Origin: the human T2T-CHM13v2.0 reference genome, Homo sapiens
Reading direction: 5' to 3' (one strand)
Length of the DNA: 64,000 nucleotides
Assembly: GCF_009914755.1 (NCBI RefSeq)
Contig: NC_060947.1
Shown: positions 53,162 to 64,000 of the stretch, piece by piece
How positions within the stretch are numbered: position 1 is the first letter of the stretch
How the letters are laid out: each line of letters begins with the position of its first letter
Made by a program: the position numbers and the translations under genes
Notes under the pieces: model-generated
What the model saw: the letters and a program-made list of their open reading frames with translations, nothing else
Database searches by the model: none
What the model was told of the DNA's origin: nothing

Positions 53162-55959
53162 TGACTGTACATTTAGAAAACACCATTGTCTCGGCCCAAA
53201 ATCTCCTTAAGCTGATAAGCAAATTCAGCAAAGTCTCAGGATACAAAATCGATGTGTAAAAATCACAAGCATTGCTGTACACCAATAATAGACAAACAGA
53301 GAGCAAAATCATGAGTGAACTCCCATTCACAATTGCTACAAAGAGAATAAAATATCTAGGAATACAACTCACAAGGGATGTGAAGGACCTCTTCAAGGAG
53401 AGCTACAAACCACTGCTCAAGGAAATAAGAGAGGACCCAAACAAATGGAAAAACATTCCATGCTCATTGATAGGAAGAATCAATGTTGTGAAAATGGCCA
53501 TACTGCCCAATGTAATTTATAGATTCAATGCTATCCCTATCAAACTACCATTGACTTTCTTCACACAATTAGAAAAAACTACTTTAAATTTCATATAGAA
53601 CCAAAAAAGAGCCCATAGAGGCAAGACAATCCTAAGCAAAAAGAACAAAGCTGGAGGCATCAGGCCACCTGACTTCAAACTATGCTACAAGGCTACAGTA
53701 GCCAAAACAGCATGGTACTGGTACCAAGACAGATATGTAGACCAAAGGAACAGAAAAGAGGCCTCAGAAATAACGCCACACATCTGCAAACATCTGATCC
53801 TTGACAAAGCTGATAAAAACAAGAAATGGGGAAAGGAATCCCTATTTAATAAATGGTGTTGGGAAAACTGGCTAGCCATATGCAGAAAACTGAAACTGGA
53901 CCCCTTTCTTACACCTTATACAAAAATTAATGCAAGATGGATTAAAGACTTAAACGTAAGACCTAAAACCATAAAAATACTAGAAGAAAACCTAGGCAAT
54001 ACCATTCAGGACATAGGCATGGGCAAAGACTTCATGAGTCAAACACCAAAAGCAATGGCAAGAAAAGCCAAAATTGACAAATGGGATCTAATTAAACTAA
54101 AGAGCTTCTGCACGGCAAAAGAAACTATCACCAGAGTGAACAGGCAACCTACAAAATGAGAGAAAATTTTTTCAATCTATCCATCTGACAAAGGGCTAAT
54201 ATCCAGAATCTACAAAGAACTTAAACAAATTTACAAGAAAAAATTGAACAACCCCATCAAAAAGTGGGCAAACGGTATGTACAGACACTTCTCAAAAGAA
54301 GACATTTATGCGGCCAACAAACATATGAAAAAAGCTCATCATCACTGGTCATTAGAGAAATGCAAATCAAAACCACAATGAGATACCATCTCACACCAGT
54401 TAGAATGGCAATCATTAAAAAATCAGGAAAAAACAAATGCTGCAGAGGATGTGGAGAAATAGAAACGCTTTTACACTGTTGGTGGGAGTGTAAATTTGTT
54501 CAACAATTGTGGAAAACAGTGTGACGATTCTGTGACCAGAAATACCATCTGACCCAGCGATCCAATTACTGGGTATATACCCAAAGAATTATAAATCATT
54601 CTACTATAAAGACACATGCACACGTATGTTTATTGCAGCACTGTTCACAATAGCAAAGACTTGGAACCAACCCAAATGCCCATCAATGATAGACTGGATA
54701 AAGAAAATGTGGCACATATACACCATGGAATACTATACAGCCATAAAAAAGGATGAGTTCATGTCCTTTGCAGGGACATAGATGAAGCTGGAAGCCATCA
54801 TTTTCAGCAAACTAACACAGGAACTGAAAACCAAACACTGCATGTTCTCATTCATAAGTGGGAGTTGAACAATGGACACAGGGAGGGGAGCATCACACAC
54901 TGGGGCCTGTCGGGGTGGGGTGCTAGGGAAGGGATAGCATTAAGAGAAATACCTGATGTAGGTGATGGGTTGATGGATGCAGCAAACCACCATGGCATGT
55001 GTAGACCTATGTAACAAACCTGCACGTTTTGCACATGTATTCAGAACTTAAAGTATAATAAAACAAGCAAAACGAAACAAAAAACTACAATGGTATACCA
55101 CCTCAAATCCATTAGGATGGCTACTACAACAACAACAGAAAATAACAAGTGTTGTTGAGTATATGGAGAAACGGGATCCCTTATGCACTGTTAGTGGGAA
55201 TATAAAACAGTATAGCCAGTGTATAAGAGTATGGTGGTTCCTCAAAAAATTAGAAATAGAATTACCATATGATCCAGCAATTTTATTTCTGGGTACATAC
55301 TCAAAAGAATTGAAAGCAGGGTCTTGAAGATCTATTTGTACACTCATGCTGATAGCAGCATTATTCACAATAGCTAAAACATGGAAGCAACCCAAGTGTC
55401 TATTGATGGATGAACCGATAAGCAAAATGTGGTATATGCATACAGTGGAATATTATTCAGCCTTAAAAGGAATGGAAATTCTGCAACATGCTACAACATT
55501 GATGTATCTTGAGGACATTTTGCAAAATGAAATAAGCCAGTCACAAAAAGGCAAGTACAATATAATTTCACTTATATGAGGTACCTAGAGTAGTCAAAAT
55601 CACTGAGACAGAAAGTAGAATCGTGGTTTCCAGGGGCTGGGAAGAATGGGAAATGAAGAGTTAGCATTTAACGGGCATAGAATTTCAGTCTTACGAGATG
55701 CAAAGAGTTCTGCGGATGGATGGTGGTGATGTCTGCATGACATCCTCAATGTATTTAAATACCAATGAACTGCACATTTGCAATGATTAAGATGATAAAT
55801 TTCATGTGTTTTTTCCACAATAAAAAATTGGGGGGGTGAAGTGGAACAATATTCTAATTATAACCATGTTATTGGCACCACTTAGATAGCACTTGCTCTA
55901 TACTAGACACTGTTCTAATTTCTCTCTATATATTAACTCAAATGTGGAAAATAAGACCC

Positions 55960-56110
55960 AGTGATTTCCCTAATTCAGTATTCCTCATATTTCATTTGGA
56001 GATCTGGCTAAAATGCAGATTTGAATGCAGTAGGTTTGGGCTGAGTCCTGAAATTCTCCATGGGACACTGATGCTGCTGGTCCATGTACCACACTTTGAG
56101 TAGGCAGGGC
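55960..56110 (-). mobile_element. MER5-like hAT fragment
   Basis: aaaatgcagatt...cagtaggtttgggctg...ctgatgctgctggtcc...accacactttgagtag. Confidence 0.7.
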
Positions 56111-57109
56111 CTAATGTTCCACATCTACTAAATCAAGACCAAGATTCACACTCTGATTATCAGAGATAGAGCCCAGTGTTCTTTCTATTCCATTATTGCT
56201 ATCTCTAGAGATTTTTTCCCTCCTGCTGCAGTTTGATAGAAGGCAACTCGGCAGTTAATTACAGGCTGCCAGTTCCAGAGTGCAGTGCTGTGCAGCAGAA
56301 AACAGAAAGCACCATTTTTCACAGTCAGCTCTCTATTGCACTTAGCAGCCTTGGCTATGAGTAGTTGTCTAACCCTCAGTAGATTTGGCCATGGGTGCAT
56401 CATGCTTCAGAATTGAACTTTTAAAAAATAATGTGTTGGGACTGATAAGCCAGTTGTAGGTAATCAATGCAGCTCCTCAGAGGAGAAAGGAAAGGGGAAG
56501 AAGGAAGTGAATAGACTTAGGAAAGAGAATGGATGGACAATGGAAGAGTGTGGAGGCTGGAGGGGAAAAAGGTCTAAATTCCTTCTGTAGTCTATTGGGG
56601 ATGATTACCATAATAAAGAAATCACAAACATGCTCCCTGGTTGGGAGCAAGCCACAGCTGTTCAGGTGGACTGCTGAGTAGCACCTCTGCTGAAGAAGCC
56701 TGATGATTATTTATTTGCATCACAGATTCCTCATTTTGCAGGTCTGGCTGTCTCAGCCTGCATGCCGACTGGCTGTCCAAGCGTGGGGCCATTGCTGATG
56801 ATGATAGATTTCTGAGTTAGCCCCATTCTCTTCCTCCATGGAATAGCACTCGCTCTGAAATCAGGACTGTGCATGACCTTCCTGCTCCTGGAATAAGGGT
56901 GCCAAGGACTAGTGAGAGGCTCATGTCAGCAGGGCCAAGTACATTTGACATGTGCACAGGCCCTTTATTCTTGCTAGATTTCTGTTAAAAAGGATATCAT
57001 GGGTTATATTGAAATAGGGTATTTTTCTTTTTAATTTTTTATAAAATGAAATATAACTTACATAAATCCAATAAATCTTAAACATACAGTTTGATAAATG
57101 TTCACAGAT

Positions 57110-58019
57110 ATATGTATATATGTGTGCATATGAGATATATATCGTATATATAATATATATTTTATATATAATATATAATATATATTTTATATATTTTATA
57201 TATAATATATATTTAATATATAATATATATAATATATATTTTATATATAATATGTAATATATATTTTATATATAATATGTAATATATATTTTATATATAA
57301 TATATAATATATATTTTATATATAATATATAATATATATTTTATATATAATATTTAATATATATAATATATAATATATAATATATATTATATTAAATATA
57401 ATATATGATATATATTATATTAAATATAATATATGATATATATTATATTAAATATAATATATAATATATATTATATTTAATATAATATAAAATATATATT
57501 ATATTTAATATAATATATATTATATATTATATATACTATATATAATATAGTATATATAATATATAGTATATATAATATATAATATATAGTATATATTATA
57601 TATTATTATAATAATATATAATATATAATATATATTATATAATATATAATATATATTATATAATATATAATATATATTATATATTATTATAATAATATAT
57701 AATATATATTATATATTATAATAAATAATATATAATATATATTATATAATATATAATATATATTATATATTTTATATAATATATAATATACAATATATTA
57801 TGTATAATAATTATATAAAATATATATTATATAATATATATTTTATATATAATATATATTTTATATGTATATATAATATATATTTTATTTGTATATATTA
57901 TATATAATATATATATAATATATATAACATATATATTTTATATAATATATATAATATATATAACATATATATTTTATATAATATATATAACATATATATA
58001 TTATATAATATATATATAT
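57110..58019. repeat. ~0.9-kb TA-rich low-complexity tract with higher-order units
   Basis: Almost pure A/T; repeated ~24-bp unit aatatatattttatatataatat(a/g)t near 57230-57350. Confidence 0.97.
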
Positions 58020-58244
58020 GCATATCCTGCCATAGTCTTTTGAAATTCTTTATCAACCACTAAAGACAATATCCTCAATGCTCACAGCATAGTAAATACT
58101 AATGGGAATCACCTTCATGGTAATGAATCAAATTTCACTAGTTCTTGTGCCATCACTGTTAATGGACCCCTCTACAAATTATTCTCCACAAGGTGTTTTC
58201 ATGTGCTTATGAAAGAGTCTCTCTCACGGCATCAATTACCTATT

Positions 58245-58700
58245 TTCAGATTATTGCTGAATAATAAATTAACTAAAAAACTTCCATGGCATTCAACTAT
58301 ATTTTTTTATGCAACCAGAGTATTGCATAAGCATAGGCTGCTTTAGGATGGACTCAGAAAAACCGTTCTGCTAACCTTGACTGGGCTTCTTACACTTTTA
58401 AGTTGGAGATTCTAAAAATCCAAGATGGGTTTACCTGGGTGTCTCAACTGTGCTCCATGTTTCCCTCATCTTTGTGAGACCAATGGCTAACCCAGGCATG
58501 TATTTCTCATGCAATGGCAAAAGGGTCAGAATCAATTACTGCTTCATTGGACCTGACCCACCCTCACTTCTGGCTCATTCTATTGGCCAAAGCAATCACA
58601 TGGCTGAACCCAGAATCAAGAAGAAGTACACACTTTGATGGCAAAGGGTGCAGAAACAAGGAAGAAAGAAATATTGTAGCATTAATGCCATGTACCACAC
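58245..58700 (-). mobile_element. Old MLT1 LTR
   Basis: cacttctggctcattctattggccaaagcaatcacatggctgaaccca. Confidence 0.65.
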
Positions 58701-59309
58701 TTGCCAAGAGATGCTGTTCTCTTTCTTTCATCAGGCACCAGAATCTTCCACCAGGTGCCACCGCTGCTCCGTACCATGGCCAGGTCCATTTTGGAGGCAC
58801 CAGACCCATGATAAAGCCCAAGCTGTGAGGAAGGAGAAAAATTTAGTGCTCTCCTCTTTCTTGCAGTCTGAAAGATGGATGTGTGTAACCTTGAGTCTTT
58901 TAGAAACCTTAATAAAATGGTTTTTACTCATGGTCCTTCTCTCCCTAAGAACCCTTAGAGCTGGGGTGGGAATGAATTTATGTGACATCTACTAGGCATA
59001 CTCAGAATCATTGCTTTCCTCCAAGAATGTGGTCAAACTGGAGCCTGTCTTTTTCCTTTCTTCCCAGGAAGACCTCAGGAAATCTCAGTGAAGTTGTACC
59101 AAGTTTTCTTGCTTTATTAACAGATCTCCAGCTATCTCAACATGATTTTGGCTTAAATTATATATATTTACTTATCATAATGACTGTTTAGTTAATGACT
59201 TCCTGTCATATCAGCTTTTAGAAAGCTATACCACTTTTAGGGCAACTGTTTCTTTTTTACTATTTCTCTATTGTATTTTGGTACAATTTTCTCACCCCAA
59301 AACACTCAT

Positions 59310-59507
59310 GGCATAGTATAATATAATATAACCTATGCACATCCTCTCATATACTTCAAATCATCTCTAGATTATTTATAATACCCAATGCAATGTAAGT
59401 GCTATGTAAATAGTTGTTATGCTATATTGACTTTTTATTGTTATGTTGTTATTTTTTTCAAGTATTTTTGATCAGCAATTGAATTCACTGATACAGAGGG
59501 CTGACTA
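59310..59507. mobile_element. MER2/Tigger fragment
   Basis: ataacctatgcacatcctc...aaatcatctctagatta...gatacagagggctgact. Confidence 0.8.
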
Positions 59508-59786
59508 CATATTCAAATCCTCTATATAAAGCATGACACAATGCTAAAAATAATTCAAGTAAACCAGAAGAAGGCAGAAAAGGGGAAAGAAAGAAACAAA
59601 AATCAAAACAACTAGAAAACAATAAAGTATCAGATGTATATCCTAACAATAATTGTTTTAAATGTAATTTATATAAATATACCAAGTAAAAGGTAATAAT
59701 AGACACAGTAGATTTAAAAAATGACCCAATTATATTCTGTCTATAGGAATCTCAAGTACAATGATATAGGAAATGAAAAGTTTACC

Positions 59787-61706
59787 TTGTTGCATAGGTA
59801 AGCTTGTGTCATGGGGGTTTGTTGTACAGATTATTTCTTCACCAGGTATTAAGCCTAGTACCCATTAGTTATTTTTCCTGATCTTCTCCCTCTTCCCACC
59901 CTCCACCCTCCAATAGGCCCTGGTGTTTATTGTTCCTCTCTATGTGTCCATGTGTTCTCATCATTTAGCTTCCACTTATAAGTGAGAACATGCAGTATCT
60001 ACATTTCTGTTCCTGAATTAGTTTGCTAAGGATAATGGCCTGCAGCTCCATCCATGTCCCTGCAAAAGACACAATCTTGTTATTTTTTATGGCTGCATAG
60101 TATTCTGTGGTGTATATGTACCACCTTTTCTTTATCCAGTCTATCCTTGATAGGCATTTAGGTTTATTCCATGTCTTTGCTATTGTGAATAGTGCTACAA
60201 TAATCATACATGTGCATGTGTCTTTATAACAGAATGATTTATATTCCTTTGGGTATATACTCAGTAATAAGATTGCTAGGTCAAATGGTATTTCTGTCTT
60301 TAGGTCTTTGAGGAATTGCCACACTCTCTTCCACATGGTTGAGCTAATTTACATTCCCACCAACAGTGTATAAGTGTTCCTTTTTCTCCATAACCTCGCC
60401 AGCATCTGTTATTTTTTGACTTTTTCATAATAGTCATTCTGACTGGTGTGAGATGCTATCTCATTGTGGTTTTGATTTGCATTTTTGAATGATCAGTGAT
60501 GTTGAGCTTTTTTAAATATGCTCGTTGGCCACATGTATGTCTTCTTTTGAAAAGTGTCTGTTCATGTCCTTTGTCCACTTTATCATGGGGTTTGCTTTGT
60601 TCTTGTAAATTTGTTTAAGTTCCTCATAGATGCTGGATATTAAATCTTTGTCAGATGCATAGTTTGCAAAAACTTTCTCCCATTGTTTAGGTTGTCTGTT
60701 TACTCTATTAATAGTTTCTTTTTGCTGTGCAGAAGCTATTTAATTAGATGTTCTTCGTCAATTTTTGCTTTTGTTGCAATTGCTTTTGGCATCTTTGCCA
60801 TGAAATCTTTGTCTGTGCCTATGTCCTGAAATGTATTACCTAGGTTGTCTTCCAGAGTTTTTATACTTTTGGGTTTTACATTTAAGTCTTTAATCCATCT
60901 TGAGTTTTTTTTTTTTTGGTAAATGATGCAAGGAAGGGGTCCAGGTTCAATCTTCTGCACATGGCTAGCCAGTTATCTTGGCATCATTTATTGGATAGGG
61001 AATCTTTTCTCCATTGCTTGTTTTGGTCACGTTTGTCAAAGATCAGATAGTTGTAGGTGTGCAGCCTTATTTCTGGGTTCTCTATTCTGTTCCATTAGTG
61101 TATGTGTCTGTTTTTGTACCAATACCATGCTGTTTTGGTTACTGTAGCCCTGTAGTATAATTTGAAGTTGGGTAGCGTGATGCCTCTAGCTTTGTTCTTT
61201 GTGCTTAGGATTGCCTTAGCTGTTCGGGCTCTTTTTTGATTCCATATGAATTTTAAAGTAGTTTTCTCTAGTTCTGTGAAGAACATCAATGGTAGTTTAA
61301 TAGGAATAGCATTGAATCTATAAATTGCTTTGGGCAATATGGCCATTTAAACGATGCTGATTCTCCCTAACCATGAGCATGGAAAGTTTTTCCAGTTGTT
61401 TGTATCATCTCTAATTTCTTTCAGCAGTGGTTTGTAATTCTTCTTGTAGAGATCTTTCACCTTCCTAGATAGCTGTATTCCTAGATATTTTATTCTTTTT
61501 GTGGCAATTACGAATGGAAATTCGTTCCTGATTTGGCTCTTGGTATGACTGTTGTTGGTGTATAGGAATGCTAGTGATTTCTGTGCATTGATTTTGTATC
61601 CTGAGACTTTGCTGAAGTTGTTTATTAGCTTAAGAAGCTTTTGGGCTGAGACGATGGGGTTTTCTAGATATAGGATCATGTCATCTGCAACCACGGATAG
61701 TTTGAC
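59787..61706 (-). mobile_element. L1PA13-16-like segment lacking poly(A) and extreme 3' end
   Basis: ORF2 C-terminal half and 3' UTR; colinear with 36533-38551. Confidence 0.92.
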
Positions 61707-62094
61707 AGGAAGAATAAAAGTAAACAGATGGAAAAAGATATACCATGTAAACGCTAACCAAAAGAAAGCTAGAGTGGCTATACTAATATTAGATAAAGCA
61801 GATAAAGCAAATGAAATTATTAAATGCAAGGAGAGATACTCCATGATGATAAAAGGGTCAATCAACCAAGAAGACATAACAATTATAAATGTGTATTGCC
61901 AAATAATGGTGCTAACAAAACACACGAAATAGAAACTTACAGAATTGAAAAGAGAAATAGATAAATTCACAATTATACTCAAGAGCTCAATACCCCTCTC
62001 TCAATAATTGATAGAATCACCACATAGAAAATCAGTGAAGATATAAGGGAACTGAACAATACTATTAGCCGCAGGATCTAATTAACACTTATAA

Positions 62095-62341
<247 letters not shown>

Positions 62342-64000
62342 AAGAATTCACATTTTTTAAATCATGCACAGAACAGTCACAAAGATACTTCATATCCTGG
62401 CTCATAAAATAAAACTCAACAAACTGAAAAGAATTAAAACTGTTTAGATATCATCTCTGATCATAATTGAATCAAACTAAAAATTAACAGAAAGACAACT
62501 GGTAAATCTCCATATACTTGGAAATTAAACAACATACTTCTAACCAATTCATGAGTCAAAGAGGTAGTTTCAATAAAAATAAAAACCTACATAGAACTGA
62601 AGGAAAATGAAAATACAACAACCCAAAGCTTGTGAAATGCAGCTAAAGCTGTTCATATAAGGAAATTTATAGTATTAAATGCTTATATTAGGAAAGATTA
62701 AAGGTTTCAAAATAATAATCTAAGTTTCTACATCAACAAATTAGAAAAACAATAAAATAAACCAGAGAGCAAGCAATTGAAGAAAAATGATAAAAATAAG
62801 AGCATGAATACATGAAATTGAAAACAGGAAAATAGAGAGGAATGAATAAAAAATTAACGCAGATTCGTTGGAAATGTTAAGAAAATTGATAAAATCCTAG
62901 CACAACTGAAAAACAAAGAAGTCATAAGTTATTAATATTGGAAATGAACAGGGATACCACTGTGAACACCACAGATACTAAAGGAGTAATAAGATGATTC
63001 TACAAACATCTTTACAGACATAAAGTCAACTATAGCATGATAAAAGAAAATTACAAACCAATATCCCTCTGGAACATAGACACAGAAATTTTCAACAAAA
63101 CATTAGCAAATCAAATCTAGAAACATATAAATGGAATTACAGATGACAACCAAGGAATTTTATTCCAGGAATGCAAAGGCTGTTCAGTATTTGAAAATCA
63201 ATCAATGTAATCCTCTATGCTAACAGAACTGAATAAGAAAACTTGCTTGATCATATTAATTGATGCAGAAAAGGTACTTAACAAAATCCAAATTCCATTC
63301 CTGGGAAAAACTTTCAGCAAACTAGGAATTGAAAGGAACTTGAATATTCTTGACCAGAAAAAGGGCAATTGCAGAAAAACAAAACAAAAAACTCTATGGC
63401 TAACATTATACGCAATGTGAAAGACTGAATGTATTTTGCCAGAGCTAAGACAAGGATGGCTACTGCTACTACCCTCATTTGACATAGTACTACAAGTCTT
63501 AGCCTGTGCAATAAGGACATAAAAGGCAAGAAAAGGGTATAAAAGGCAGGCAGATTAGAAAAGAATAAATAAATGCTTTTTATTTGTAGAAGATAGTAGA
63601 AGATATATTGTCTATGTAGAAAAATCCCAAGGACTTTATAGGAAAACCTCTATAAATTATAAGTAAATTTAGCAAATTTACACAAAAATTAATCACTTTT
63701 TTATATACAAACAATGAACTATTGGAAAACAAAATGAAAAACAATTCAATACCATTTATAATTGTTCCCAGAAAAGGTACACAAAGGTATAAATCTAGTA
63801 AAACATATACAGATACTATATGCTAAAACTGTTGAATTTTGATAAAATAAATCAACAAAGTTATAAATATATGGAGAGACAATACCATGTTCATGGATTG
63901 GGAGACTAAACATAGTAAAGATGTTATTTCTCCTAAAATTGATCTATAGAGTCAACACAATTTCTATAAAAACGCCAGCAGTATCTTTTGTAGATATAGA

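Noticed and set aside
61347-61982. Longest ORF in the track (211 aa), hydrophobic N-terminus fused to RT-like sequence
   Set aside because: Chance read-through across the junction of an antisense old L1M and the inserted L1PA segment.

Overview
Primate genomic DNA, very probably human, since it holds two AluYa5 copies with all five diagnostic positions. About two thirds is interspersed repeat and I recognise no known protein-coding gene. Nearly all ORFs in the supplied track are repeat-derived (L1, Alu, LTR12) or chance ORFs. The left 35 kb is old MIR/L2/MaLR/LTR16-rich sequence with unique islands. These islands carry a co-oriented series of minus-strand exon-like segments, including a 68-nt exon at 24922-24989 that reads as a signal peptide ending in phase 1. 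This is a candidate unrecognised small secreted-protein gene, unitary pseudogene or lncRNA, and a same-strand LTR12 promoter lies about 3.5 kb upstream. The right 29 kb is a deeply nested L1 stack. It contains a full-length U6 snRNA fused to about 4 kb of L1 inside one pair of target-site duplications (TSDs), an apparent local DNA-level duplicate of part of that L1, a full-length L1PA7/8 inside an older full-length L1M, a piggyBac MER75 and a 0.9-kb TA-rich tract. Other oddities are a 33-bp-stem hairpin at 1130-1233, an exact 22-bp repeat 1.3 kb apart and a four-element MER4/MADE1/LTR12/MST nest. Repeat subfamily names come from my recall of consensus sequences. Boundaries without TSDs are approximate.
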